Shown: positions 9,873 to 19,518, counted from the stretch's first letter. The stretch is 64,000 nucleotides of DNA from Vicinamibacteria bacterium (GCA_963837165.1 CAWIMD010000002.1:1031029-1095028); one strand, 5' to 3'. The notes: generated by a model not told the origin, from the sequence alone. Program-made: numbers and translations.

Positions 9873-10717
9873 AGCCAGGTCACCTCGCCGGCGATGACGC
9901 GCTCGGCACCCGACCCCGCCCGCACGAGCAGGGCGCCCTCGCCGTCGATGCCGGCCGTGACACCGCGCCGCGCGCCGTCTGCCGTCGCCCACTCGACGCT
10001 CGCGCCCGACACCCCGACGGCGAGCGCACTCCACCGGCCCACCACCGCCGCGCCGCCCCCGGTCCGCAGTCGGACCAGCCACGTGGCGAGGCGCTGGAGG
10101 ATCGCCGCGAGCACCGGACCACGCTCGACCTCGCGTCCGAGCTCGTCCTCGAGAGACGTGGCCCGTGCGCTGATCTCGGGCGGGAACGCCGCCCGCCGCA
10201 CGTTGATGCCGATGCCCACGACCACGTGCGTCAGGCGGGCACCGTCGGAGTGGCCCTCGGCGAGGATTCCGCCCAGCTTGCGCGCGCCCGGCACCATCCC
10301 CGCCGGAGCGACCACGAGGTCGTTGGGCCACTTGATCGAGACCGGGAGGCCAGAGGCGGCGTGCAGTCCCTCCGCGACGGCCACGCCGGCGGCAAGCGTC
10401 AGCCAGCGGGGCCAGTCGGCGCCCGCTTCCGTCCCCGGCCCGGTGCCGACGATGGCGGACAGGTAGAGCCCGGCTCCCGGGGGCGAGTGCCAGACGTGCC
10501 CGCCGCGGCCCCGGCCGGCCGTCTGCTGATCGGCGATGACCAGCGTGCCGTCCCCGAACCCCTGGTCCGCCAGTCGGGCCGCCAAATCGTTGGTCGAGGA
10601 CGCGATTGGGTAGAAGAAGGGCCGCCAGGCGATGCCCGCGGGAAGGGCATCTCCGCAGTGAGCGATTGGCGTGTCGAGATCGGTCGGGAGCGGCGCCGGG
10701 CGATCGATATCGCTCAC
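9869..10717 (-). CDS. birA: Biotin--[acetyl-CoA-carboxylase] ligase (no N-terminal HTH)
   Basis: GRGRGGHVWHSPPG biotin-ligase motif. GTG 10717 overlaps the nadC stop (GTGA). Confidence 0.8.
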   Translation of the reverse strand: MSDIDRPAPLPTDLDTPIAHCGDALPAGIAWRPFFYPIASSTNDLAARLADQGFGDGTLVIADQQTAGRGRGGHVWHSPPGAGLYLSAIVGTGPGTEAGADWPRWLTLAAGVAVAEGLHAASGLPVSIKWPNDLVVAPAGMVPGARKLGGILAEGHSDGARLTHVVVGIGINVRRAAFPPEISARATSLEDELGREVERGPVLAAILQRLATWLVRLRTGGGAAVVGRWSALAVGVSGASVEWATADGARRGVTAGIDGEGALLVRAGSGAERVIAGEVTWL

Positions 10718-11601
10718 GGGCGCACTCTGTCGCCTGCGGGGCCCGCCGGCGCGAGCTCCAGTTCCAGCGAGATGTCGGCGGCCGCGGACGAGTGCGTCAG
10801 GGCGCCCACCGACACCGAGTGGGCCCCGGTCTCGGCCAGCTCGGGGATGCGCTCGAGCGTCACGCCGCCGGAGATCTCGGTACGGGCCCGCGCACCAATC
10901 CGCCGCACGGCGTCGCGAATGTCCGCGGTGGACAGGTTGTCGAGCAGCACGATGTCGGCGCCGGCATCGGCGGCCTCGACCGCCTCGGCCACCGATTGCG
11001 CCTCGGCTTCGATTCTCAGGTCCGGGCGCGCGGCGCGCGCCGCCGCGATCGCCGGCCCGACACCGCCGGCCAGCCGCGCGTGGTTGTCCTTGATCAGGAC
11101 GAGGTCGTACAGCCCGGCGCGATGGTTCGTGCCGCCGCCCATGCGCACCGCGTACTTCTCGAGCGCGCGCAGCGTCGGTGTCGTCTTCCGGGTGTCGAGG
11201 ATCGTGAGGCGGCCGTTGGACGCGTCGACGTAGCGGCGGGTGGCCGTCGCGATGCCCGAGAGCCGCTGCAGCAGGTTCAACGCCGTGCGCTCGGCCGTGA
11301 GGAGTGCGGCTGCGGGCCCCTCCAGCTCGGCGAGCACCGTCCCGGCCCCCACGGCGTCGCCGTCCCGTGAGCGGCGCGTCACGCACAGCCCGTCCGGCCC
11401 GGCGAGGATCTCGAAGGTCCGGACCGCCGCGTCCAGTCCCGCCACCACCAGCGGCGCCTTCGCGAGCAGCACGCCGCGGGCGCGGGCGCCCGCCGGGATC
11501 GTGAGCTCGGTGGTGACGTCGCCCGACCCGATGTCCTCGGCCAGGGCACGGCGGATCAGCGTGTCGATCGAGGCGAGGTCCAGGTGTGCCGGATCGGGCA
11601 T
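10714..11601 (-). CDS. nadC: Nicotinate-nucleotide diphosphorylase (carboxylating)
   Basis: QPRTase motifs (LLAERTALNLLQRLSGIAT, LDTRKTTP, IKDNH). ATG 11601 shares 1 nt with the valS stop. Confidence 0.9.
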   Translation of the reverse strand: MPDPAHLDLASIDTLIRRALAEDIGSGDVTTELTIPAGARARGVLLAKAPLVVAGLDAAVRTFEILAGPDGLCVTRRSRDGDAVGAGTVLAELEGPAAALLTAERTALNLLQRLSGIATATRRYVDASNGRLTILDTRKTTPTLRALEKYAVRMGGGTNHRAGLYDLVLIKDNHARLAGGVGPAIAAARAARPDLRIEAEAQSVAEAVEAADAGADIVLLDNLSTADIRDAVRRIGARARTEISGGVTLERIPELAETGAHSVSVGALTHSSAAADISLELELAPAGPAGDRVRP

Positions 11602-14201
11602 CACGCCGGGCCGCCCGCGGGCGGTTCGGCCGCGGCCAGCCGGACGTCCACGGCGAAGGCCTCCCCTTCCTCGAGGACGAGGTCGCGCACGAAGCCGGAC
11701 GACACGAGGTCGGCTTCCGCCGTCCTGAGCGCCGCGAGATGGTCCGGCGTATCGCGGACGAGCAGCCGGTCGACCGGTGTGGACAGCTTGCGCTTCGCTT
11801 CGGACTTCGTCTTGCGCACCTCGCCGAGCACGAGCGCCGCCCGCTCGAGCGCGGCCGCGGCCCGGTCGTCGGCCCCGCCGATCCGATCGAGCAGCTCGGA
11901 CGAGGTGGGCCAGGCCGCCCGGTGCACCAATCCCGGCCGCCACCAGGACCACACCTCCTCGGTGACAAAAGGCAGGAATGGTGCGAACAGGCGCAGCAGC
12001 ACCGACAGGCTGGCCAGCAGCGCCGTGTTCGCCGACGCCGCGGGCCCGGCGCCCTGCGCACCGTAGCGCCGCGACTTGACCAGCTCGAGGTAATCGTCGC
12101 AGAAGGACCAGAACCACCGCTCGGTCCGCTCGAGCACGGTGGCGTACTGGCAGTGGTCGAATTCCACCGTCGCCTCGTCCACGAGGCGCGCGAGGCCAGT
12201 GAGCATCGCGCGATCGATGGGCAGCGAGATCGGTCCCCGCGGCTCGGCCTGGGTGAGCGCGAACCGCGACGCGTTCAGCAGCTTCATCGCGAGGCGCCGC
12301 CCGACCTTCATCTGGCCGGGGTCGAACGCGGTGTCGGTGCCCGGGCGGCCGCTGGCCGCCCAGTAGCGCACGCCGTCGCTGCCGTGCTCCTCGAGCAGGC
12401 CCATGGGCGTCACCACGTTGCCCTTGGACTTGGACATCTTCTTGCGGTCCGGGTCGAGGACCCAGCCGGAGATCGTGGTGGTCGTCCAGGGCAGCGAGTG
12501 GTGCTCGAAGTGCGCGCGCGCGACCGTGTAGAAGAGCCACGTACGGATGATCTCGTGGGCCTGCGGCCGCAGGTCCATCGGGAACACGCGCGCGAAGAGA
12601 TCCGGGTCGTCTTCCCACCCGCCGGCAATCTGCGGCGTGAGCGACGAGGTCGCCCACGTGTCCATCACGTCGGGGTCGCCGACGAAGCCGCCCGGCTGGC
12701 CGCGCTGGATCTCGGCGTACCCGTCCGGCACGTCGGTCGAGGGGTCCACGGGCAGGCGTGCCTCGGGCGGCAGGAGCGGCTGACGATGCTGGACCGTGCC
12801 GTCCGCGGCCACCGGGTACCAGACCGGGAACGGCACGCCGAAGAAACGCTGGCGGCTCACGCACCAGTCGCCTGTCAGCCCTTCCACCCAGTTCTGGTAG
12901 CGCGACTGCATGAACGGCGGATGCCAGACGAGCTCGCGTCCCCGCGCGAGCAGTTCGTCGCGGAACTCGATCGTCTTCACGAACCACTGCCGGCTCGTGA
13001 TGATCTCGAGCGGGCGGTCCCCCTTCTCGTAGAACTTCACCGGGTGCGTGATCGGCCGGATGTCGCCGACGAGATCGCCGCTCGCCCTCAGCAGGTCCGC
13101 AATCGCCGCGCGCGCCTTTGCCGGCGGCAGCCCCGCCATCCGGTCGTAGGCGGCCTGCGCCTCGGCTGGCGCGTCGGACGGCCAGCCCTCGGCGCCCCAG
13201 GTCACGGGACGGAGGCGGCCGTCGGGCTGGAGGACCGCCCGGACGGGCAGGCCGAGCTCGCGCCACCACGTCACGTCGGTGACGTCACCGAAGGTGCAGA
13301 TCATGGCCATGCCCGTCCCCTTCTCGGGGTTTGCCAGCGGGTGCGGCCGGATTGGCACGCGCACCCTGAAGAGCGGCGTGATGGCCTCGGTGCCGAACAG
13401 CGGCTGGTACCGCGGGTCGTCCGGGTGCGCCACGAGAGCCACGCACGCTGGCAGCAGCTCCGGGCGCGTGGTATCGATGTCCAGGTGACCGCCGGCGGGC
13501 CTGGCGAACCGCAGCGTGTGGTAGGCGCCGGCCACTTCGCGATCCTCGAGCTCCGCCTGGGCGACGGCCGTGCGGAAGTCCACGTCCCACAGGGTGGGCG
13601 CCTCGAGCTGGTAGGCGATGCCGCGCGCCAGCAGGCGCAGGAACGCGCGCTGCGACACGCGCTGCGACCGCTTGCTCACCGTCGAATACGTCAGGCCCCA
13701 GTCGACCGACAGCCCGAGGTGGCGCCAGAGCTCCTCGAACGCCTTCTCGTCCTCGAGCGTCAGGCGCTCGCAGAGCTCGATGAAATTGGGGCGCGACACC
13801 GAGAGGGCGTGCTTGCCGGGCTTGTCGGGCGGCGTGAACGACGGGTCGTACGGCAGGGAGGGATCGCAGCGGACGCCGAAGTAGTTCTGCACGCGCCGCT
13901 CGGTCGGCAGGCCGTTGTCGTCCCAACCCATCGGGTAGAAGACGGCGCGGCCCCGCATCCGGTGGTAGCGGGCCAGCACGTCGCTGTGGGTGTACGAGAA
14001 GACATGGCCGACGTGCAGCGATCCACTGACGGTCGGCGGAGGGGTGTCGATGGCGTAGACCTCGTCGCGGGTCGCGGTCCGGTCGAACCGGTAGGTCCCC
14101 TCGGACTCCCAGCGCGCCATCCACTTGTGCTCGAGCCCCTCGAGCTGGGGTTTCTCGGGCAGGGCGATGCGCCCCTCTCCGAGCCCGGGGGTGTCCGTCA
14201 T
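11601..14201 (-). CDS. valS: Valine--tRNA ligase
   Basis: ATG 14201. Class I motifs PPTVSGSLHVGHVFSY and KMSKSKGN. Editing and anticodon-binding regions are present. Confidence 0.92.
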   Translation of the reverse strand: MTDTPGLGEGRIALPEKPQLEGLEHKWMARWESEGTYRFDRTATRDEVYAIDTPPPTVSGSLHVGHVFSYTHSDVLARYHRMRGRAVFYPMGWDDNGLPTERRVQNYFGVRCDPSLPYDPSFTPPDKPGKHALSVSRPNFIELCERLTLEDEKAFEELWRHLGLSVDWGLTYSTVSKRSQRVSQRAFLRLLARGIAYQLEAPTLWDVDFRTAVAQAELEDREVAGAYHTLRFARPAGGHLDIDTTRPELLPACVALVAHPDDPRYQPLFGTEAITPLFRVRVPIRPHPLANPEKGTGMAMICTFGDVTDVTWWRELGLPVRAVLQPDGRLRPVTWGAEGWPSDAPAEAQAAYDRMAGLPPAKARAAIADLLRASGDLVGDIRPITHPVKFYEKGDRPLEIITSRQWFVKTIEFRDELLARGRELVWHPPFMQSRYQNWVEGLTGDWCVSRQRFFGVPFPVWYPVAADGTVQHRQPLLPPEARLPVDPSTDVPDGYAEIQRGQPGGFVGDPDVMDTWATSSLTPQIAGGWEDDPDLFARVFPMDLRPQAHEIIRTWLFYTVARAHFEHHSLPWTTTTISGWVLDPDRKKMSKSKGNVVTPMGLLEEHGSDGVRYWAASGRPGTDTAFDPGQMKVGRRLAMKLLNASRFALTQAEPRGPISLPIDRAMLTGLARLVDEATVEFDHCQYATVLERTERWFWSFCDDYLELVKSRRYGAQGAGPAASANTALLASLSVLLRLFAPFLPFVTEEVWSWWRPGLVHRAAWPTSSELLDRIGGADDRAAAALERAALVLGEVRKTKSEAKRKLSTPVDRLLVRDTPDHLAALRTAEADLVSSGFVRDLVLEEGEAFAVDVRLAAAEPPAGGPA

Positions 14202-14283
14202 AACCGTCAATAGTACCTGTAGATCCCGACCCCAATCACGGAGTGGCTTGACCGTACGACGCGCGGCCGCTACTCTCCACCCC

Positions 14284-15244
14284 ATGGCGCACCGGCTTCT
14301 GCTGGCCGACGACAGCATCACCATCCAGAAAGTCATCGAGCTGACCTTCGCGGACGAGGGGATCGAGGTGGTGGCGGTCGGCGACGGCGACCAGGCCATC
14401 GCCCGTCTCGACGCCGAGCGCTTCGACATCGTCCTGGCGGACGCCGACATGCCCGGCAAGGACGGCTTCGAGGTGTCGGCCCACCTGCTGGCGCGCGACG
14501 GCGCCCGCCGCCCGCCGGTCATCCTGCTCACCGGCGCCTTCGAGCCGGTCGACGACGACCACGTTGCGCTGGTCGGCGCCCGCGCCGTCCTCGCGAAGCC
14601 ATTCGAGCCGCAGGTGCTGGTGGCCAGGGTGCGCGAGCTGCTGGCGACTCCCATGCCCCCGGAAGAGCCCGACGAGGAGCCCTCGGCCGCCGACTCGCTC
14701 ATCGCCGCGCCGGCTCCAGCGCCGGGCACCCAGTCCCCGGAGGACTACTTCGAGCGCCTGGACCGCGCGTTCGCCGGCCTCAATGTGCCGCTCGAGCCCT
14801 TCGACTCCGCTCAGGGCAGGCCCGGCGACTCCGCGCAGGGCAGGCCCGGCGACTCCGCTCAGGGCAGGCCCGGCGACTCCGCTCAGGGCAGCCCCCGCGA
14901 ATCCGAGCCGCACGCCACGTCCGGGCACGGCGACACCGGTGCCCGCACCGCCCGCCGCTTCCCCGGGCCCGTCCCCCGCTGCCGACCCTCCGCCGCATGG
15001 CGGCCTGGCTGACACCTTCAGCACCTTGCTTGCCGTCGAGCAGGGCGAGCTGCCGCCCTCGGCGCTCGACCCGCCGTCAACAGCCGCGGATGACGAGCTC
15101 GTGGACCGGATCGCCCGACGCGTCGTCGAGCAGCTCGGCGATGCCGCCGTCCGCGAGCTGGCCACCGACATCGTCTCGAGGACCGCCGAGCGCCTGGTGA
15201 AGGAAGAGATCGAGCGAATCAAGGCGGGGATTGGAGGAAGTTAG
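14284..15244 (+). CDS. Response regulator with a Pro-rich linker and helical C-terminal region; apparent frame break
   Basis: The receiver (LLADDSITIQKV...DIVLADADMPGKDG...KPF) reads in the frame of ATG 14284, which stops at 15012. A protein-like C-terminus (ELVDRIARRVVEQLGDAAVRELATDIVSRTAERLVKEEIERIK) continues in the next frame to TAG 15242-15244. Confidence 0.65.
14803..14898 (+). repeat. 24-bp tandem repeat x4 (GACTCCGCTCAGGGCAGGCCCGGC) inside the response-regulator linker
   Basis: Three near-identical units plus one degenerate unit, read directly from the sequence. They translate as DSAQGRPG x3 in the receiver frame. Confidence 0.9.
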
Positions 15245-15247
15245 CGT

Positions 15248-15273
15248 CAATTCCCAATTCCCAACGCCCAACC
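15248..15273 (-). repeat. Family F heptamer array, left arm (CAATTCC CAATTCC CAACGCC CAACC)
   Basis: Read directly. Inverted relative to 15307-15337. Confidence 0.85.
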
Positions 15274-15291
15274 GCTGCGGAGCGCAGTCGT

Positions 15292-15756
15292 TCAGCTGTC
15301 GGTCCCTTGGGAGTTGGGAGTTGGAGTTTGGGAGTTGATGTCGTCTCGCGCACTCGATTCCGTGCGCCTCCTGACGTTCGCCTCGATGAACCGGACGATG
15401 TCCTGCATCGGAGTGCCGGGCAGGAACACGCCGCCGATTCCCATCGCCTTCAGCTTCGGAATGTCCACGTCGGGGATGATCCCTCCGACGACGACGAGGA
15501 CGTCGTCGAGGCTCTGCCCGTGCAGCAGCTCCATCACGCGCGGGCAGATGTGGTTGTGCGCACCTGACAGGATCGAGAGGCCGATCACGTCGGCATCCTC
15601 CTGGAGCGCCGCCGACACGATCTGCTCCGGCGTCTGCCGCAGCCCCGTGTAGATCACCTCCATCCCGGCATCACGGAGCGCCCGCGCGATGACCTTCGCG
15701 CCGCGGTCGTGCCCGTCCAGGCCCGGCTTGGCAATCACCACTCGTATCGTCGGCAT
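15292..15756 (-). CDS. Methylmalonyl-CoA mutase B12-binding subunit
   Basis: [18 protein letters not shown] (DxHxxG cobalamin motif). ATG 15756, with an alternative at 15771. The last ~15 codons are encoded by the family F repeat arm. Confidence 0.85.
   Translation of the reverse strand: MPTIRVVIAKPGLDGHDRGAKVIARALRDAGMEVIYTGLRQTPEQIVSAALQEDADVIGLSILSGAHNHICPRVMELLHGQSLDDVLVVVGGIIPDVDIPKLKAMGIGGVFLPGTPMQDIVRFIEANVRRRTESSARDDINSQTPTPNSQGTDS
15307..15337 (+). repeat. Family F heptamer array, right arm (TTGGGAG x4, one unit degenerate)
   Basis: Read directly. Lies inside the 3' end of the B12-binding subunit ORF. Confidence 0.85.
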
Positions 15757-15767
15757 CTCAAATCTCT

Positions 15768-15823
15768 TCAATCGTCAATCGTCAATCGTCAATCGTCAAT
15801 CGTCAATCGTCAATGGTCAATGC
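15768..15823 (+). repeat. Family A heptamer array (TCAATCG x6 plus 2 degenerate units)
   Basis: Read directly. Fills the spacer between the two MCM subunit genes. Confidence 0.95.
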
Positions 15824-15826
15824 CCA

Positions 15827-17455
15827 TTAGATGATCGCCTGCTCCTCCCACTCGCCCCAGACGTCGCGTAGAGCGTCGCACATCTCGCCCAGCGTCGCAT
15901 ACGCGCGGACTGCGTCGAGAATGGGGGGCATCAGGTTGCCGGATCCGCGTGCCGTGTCGCGGATCGACGCCAGGGCGCGCCGGACGGCCTCCACGTCGCG
16001 CCGCGCGCGGGTATCCGCGAGCCGCGCGAGCTGGTGCCCGGCCGCGGCCTCGTCGATGTAGAGGGTCTCGACCGGCGTTTCGTCGCCGGTCACGTGCGCG
16101 TTCACGCCGACGATGATCTGCTCGCGGCTTTCGACCGCCTGCTGGAACCGATACGCGCTCTCCGCGATCTCCCGCTGCGGAAAGCCCTGCTCGACGGCGG
16201 CGACCATCCCGCCCATCGCGTCGATGCGATCGAAGTACGCGAGCGCCTCCCGCTCGAGATCCGAGGTCAGCCGCTCCACGAAATACGACCCGCCGAGCGG
16301 GTCGGCGACATTCACCACCCCGCTCTCGTGCGCGATGATCTGCTGCGTCCGGAGCGCCAGCGTGGCGGCGTCGGCCGTCGGCAGGGCCAGCGCCTCGTCC
16401 AGCGAGTTCGTGTGCAGCGAATTGGTCCCGCCGAGCACGGCGCTCAGCGCCTGGAGGGCGGTACGGACGACGTTGTTGTAGGGCTGCTGCGCGGTGAGCG
16501 ACACGCCCGCGGTCTGCGAGTGGAAGCGCAGGGTCCACGAGCGCTCGGACCGTGCGTGGAAGCGGTCGCGCATCACCCGCGCCCAGATGCGGCGCGCGGC
16601 GCGGTACTTCGCGATCTCCTCGAAGAAGTCCGAATGGGCGTTGAAGAAGAACGAGATCCGCGGGGCGAACTCGTCCACGTCGAGCCCCGCGTCGATGCCG
16701 GCCTGCACGTACTCGATGCCGTCGCGCAGCGTGAACGCCAGCTCCTGCGCGGCCGTCGACCCGGCCTCGCGGATGTGGTACCCGCTCACCGAGATCGTGT
16801 TCCAGCGCGGCACCTCGCGCGTGCAGAAGGCAAACACGTCCGTGATGAGCCGCATCGACGGCCGCGGCGGGTAGATGTACTCCTTCTGGGCGATGAACTC
16901 CTTCAGGATGTCGTTCTGGATCGTCCCCGACAGCGATGCCCACGAGGCCCCCTGCCGCTCGGCGACCACGAGGTACATCCCGAAGATCATCGCCGCGGGC
17001 GAGTTGATCGTCATCGACGTCGTGATGTCCGCGAGCGGGATGTCGGCAAAGAGCGTCTCCATGTCGGCGAGCGAGACCACCGACACGCCGCACTTCCCCA
17101 CCTCGCCGAGCGAGAGCGGGTGGTCCGGGTCGCGGCCCATCAGCGTCGGCAGGTCGAAGGCGACGCTCAGACCGGTGCCGCCCGCCTCGAGCAGCTGCCG
17201 GTAGCGCTCGTTCGTGGATTCCGGCGTCCCGAACCCGGCAAACTGGCGCATCGTCCAGAGCTTGCCCCGGTAGCCGCTGCGGTGGATGCCGCGCGTGTAC
17301 GGAAACGCGCCCGGATCGCCGAGGTCGCGGTCGTAGTCGAGCGCCGCCACGTCGCCGGGCCCGTAGACCCGCTCCACCGGACGCAGCGAGATGGTCCGGA
17401 ACGGCCCGGTGCGTTCGCCGGTGCCTGTGATGATTTGATGAGCGGGTGTTGTCAT
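15827..17455 (-). CDS. Methylmalonyl-CoA mutase large (catalytic) subunit
   Basis: ATG 17455. FPYTRGI, RQFAGFG and [10 protein letters not shown] motifs. The upstream part of ORF 15827..17815 is read-through. Confidence 0.9.
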   Translation of the reverse strand: MTTPAHQIITGTGERTGPFRTISLRPVERVYGPGDVAALDYDRDLGDPGAFPYTRGIHRSGYRGKLWTMRQFAGFGTPESTNERYRQLLEAGGTGLSVAFDLPTLMGRDPDHPLSLGEVGKCGVSVVSLADMETLFADIPLADITTSMTINSPAAMIFGMYLVVAERQGASWASLSGTIQNDILKEFIAQKEYIYPPRPSMRLITDVFAFCTREVPRWNTISVSGYHIREAGSTAAQELAFTLRDGIEYVQAGIDAGLDVDEFAPRISFFFNAHSDFFEEIAKYRAARRIWARVMRDRFHARSERSWTLRFHSQTAGVSLTAQQPYNNVVRTALQALSAVLGGTNSLHTNSLDEALALPTADAATLALRTQQIIAHESGVVNVADPLGGSYFVERLTSDLEREALAYFDRIDAMGGMVAAVEQGFPQREIAESAYRFQQAVESREQIIVGVNAHVTGDETPVETLYIDEAAAGHQLARLADTRARRDVEAVRRALASIRDTARGSGNLMPPILDAVRAYATLGEMCDALRDVWGEWEEQAII

Positions 17456-17505
17456 CCTCGACCAGTATACGTGAGGGGATTGGCGGAGTGATTCGCAGCC
17501 AAATC

Positions 17506-17519
17506 GCCTGATATCAGGC
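17506..17519. promoter_or_regulatory. Perfect 14-bp palindrome GCCTGATATCAGGC in a divergent promoter region
   Basis: Read directly. Lies between the MCM start (17455, minus strand) and the gdhA start (17670, plus strand). Confidence 0.4.
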
Positions 17520-17669
17520 ACTTGAGACGCGTCCTGACGTCCTTGACGACGTCCTCGCGCGGCGCTACGCTCAATCGTTTGGCCGGGGCGTCCGGATGCG
17601 CCCGCCGGCCTCATCTTACCCGGGCAGTGCCCGGACAGCCCCGCCCCTGCGGGACGTTGGAGACGGCGC

Positions 17670-18920
17670 ATGTCGGTCCACGAGACGATCTTCGGCGCGA
17701 TGCTGCAGGAGTTCGACAGCGCCGCGCGCATCCTGAAGCTCGAGCCCGGGATCTGGCGGATCCTCACGCAGCCCAAGCGGCAGATCACGGTCTCGTGCCC
17801 CGTGCAGATGGACAACGGCGAGATCGAGGTCTTTACCGGCTACCGCGTCCAGTACAACATCAGCCTCGGCCCGGCCAAGGGCGGCATCCGCTACCACCCC
17901 GACGTCACGCTGGACGAGGTGACGGCGCTGGCCGCCTGGATGACGTGGAAGTGCGCCGTGGCGCAGATCCCCTTCGGCGGCGGCAAGGGCGGCGTCGTCT
18001 GCGACCCGACGCGGATGTCGCGCCGCGAGATCGAGGCGCTGACGCGCCGGTACATCGCCGAGATCATCGACGCCATCGGGCCCGACAAGGACGTGCCCGC
18101 GCCGGACGTCAACACGAACGAGCAGGTGATGGCGTGGGTGATGGACACCTACTCCATGCACATCGGCCACACCGAGACGGCCATCGTCACCGGGAAGCCG
18201 GTCGTGCTGGGCGGATCGCTGGGCCGGCGCGAGGCCACCGGACGCGGCGTGATGATCTGCACGCGCGAGGCGGCCAGGCACATGGAGATCGACCTGCGCG
18301 GCGCCACCGTGGCGGTGCAGGGCTTCGGCAACGTCGGGTCGGTCTCGGCGGACCTGCTGTCGCGCCTGTCGGCCAGGATCGTGGCCGTGACGGACTGGAA
18401 GGGCGGCGTGCGGAACGACGGCGGCCTGGACGTGCAGCGCCTGATCGAGTGGACGAAAGAGCATCAGACCGTCGACGGGTTCCCGGACGGCGACCCGCTC
18501 ACGAACGAGGAGATCTTCCAGCAGGAAGTGGACTTCCTGATTCCCGCGGCGCTCGAGAACCAGATCACGGCCGACAATGCGCGGGACGTCAAGGCCAGGG
18601 CCATCATCGAGGGCGCCAACGGGCCCACGACGCCCGAGGCCCACGAGATGCTGCACGCGCAGGGCGTGTTCGTCGTGCCCGACATCCTCGCCAACAGCGG
18701 CGGCGTGACGGGCTCGTACTTCGAGTGGGTCCAGAACCGCCACGGCTACTACTGGAGCGAGGCCGAGGTGAACCGCCTGCTCGAGGAGAAGATGGTCGAG
18801 GCCTTCAACGCCGTGCTGCGGATGGCGTTGAGGCACAAGACCGACATGCGCACGGCGGCCTACATCGTCGCCATCGATCGCGTGGCCACCGTCACGAGGC
18901 TGCGCGGGATGTATGCGTAG
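17670..18920 (+). CDS. gdhA: NAD(P)-specific glutamate dehydrogenase
   Basis: KGGIRYHP and PFGGGKGG motifs, with a Rossmann GFGNVG motif. Confidence 0.92.
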   Translation: MSVHETIFGAMLQEFDSAARILKLEPGIWRILTQPKRQITVSCPVQMDNGEIEVFTGYRVQYNISLGPAKGGIRYHPDVTLDEVTALAAWMTWKCAVAQIPFGGGKGGVVCDPTRMSRREIEALTRRYIAEIIDAIGPDKDVPAPDVNTNEQVMAWVMDTYSMHIGHTETAIVTGKPVVLGGSLGRREATGRGVMICTREAARHMEIDLRGATVAVQGFGNVGSVSADLLSRLSARIVAVTDWKGGVRNDGGLDVQRLIEWTKEHQTVDGFPDGDPLTNEEIFQQEVDFLIPAALENQITADNARDVKARAIIEGANGPTTPEAHEMLHAQGVFVVPDILANSGGVTGSYFEWVQNRHGYYWSEAEVNRLLEEKMVEAFNAVLRMALRHKTDMRTAAYIVAIDRVATVTRLRGMYA

Positions 18921-18931
18921 GGAGGTTGATA

Positions 18932-19040
18932 GGGGATCTGGGGGGCTGGGGATCTGGGGATCTGGGGGGCTGGGGATCTGGGGATCTGGGGGCTGGGGGC
19001 TGGGGATCTGACGATCTGGGGGTTGGGGGATCTGGGATCG
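18932..19040 (+). repeat. Family B octamer array (GGGGATCT / GGGGGGCT, about 14 units)
   Basis: Read directly. Starts 11 nt after the gdhA TAG. Confidence 0.95.
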
Positions 19041-19051
19041 TTCGCGCTCGT

Positions 19052-19074
19052 GTAGCGCAGGCCTTCAGGCCTGC
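19052..19074 (+). repeat. REP-like element a: GTAG-C-[GCAGGCC TTCA GGCCTGC]
   Basis: Perfect 7-bp stem, TTCA loop and a 5' GTAG. Confidence 0.8.
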
Positions 19075-19093
19075 CAACGGGCGCGCGGGCAGC

Positions 19094-19131
19094 CTGGGGG
19101 CTGCGGATCTGGGATCTGGGAGGTCTGGGGG
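19094..19131 (+). repeat. Family B array, degenerate (about 5 units)
   Basis: Reads GGGGGCT GCGGATCT GGGATCT GGGAGGTCT GGGGG. Ends 11 nt before the cupin ATG. Confidence 0.8.
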
Positions 19132-19142
19132 AGCATCGACAC

Positions 19143-19514
19143 ATGCAGAAGGTGAGCCTGGCCGACAGCTTCGCCCGCATCCACGAGCACTGGCGTCCGA
19201 TGTCGGTCGCGGAGCTGAACGGACAGGAGGTACGGCTCGTCAAGTTCCGCGGCGAGTTTCCCTGGCATCACCACGAGCACGAGGACGAGCTCTTCCTCGG
19301 CGTCCGCGGGCAATTCCGCCTCGAGTTCCGGGACCGCACCGTGGAGATCGGCCCGGGCGAGCTTCTCGTCGTGCCGCGCGGCACCGAGCATCGTCCCGTG
19401 GCCGACGAAGAAGTGGAAGTCCTGCTCTTCGAGCCGGCCGCCACGCGGAACACAGGGAACGTGGTGGACGAGTCCTTCACCGCGCCGCGGCAGAAACTGG
19501 AACCCCGAGGCTGA
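19143..19514 (+). CDS. Cupin domain protein
   Basis: HHHEHEDELFLGVRG...VVPRGTEHRP two-motif cupin signature. Confidence 0.75.
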   Translation: MQKVSLADSFARIHEHWRPMSVAELNGQEVRLVKFRGEFPWHHHEHEDELFLGVRGQFRLEFRDRTVEIGPGELLVVPRGTEHRPVADEEVEVLLFEPAATRNTGNVVDESFTAPRQKLEPRG

Positions 19515-19518
19515 CGGC

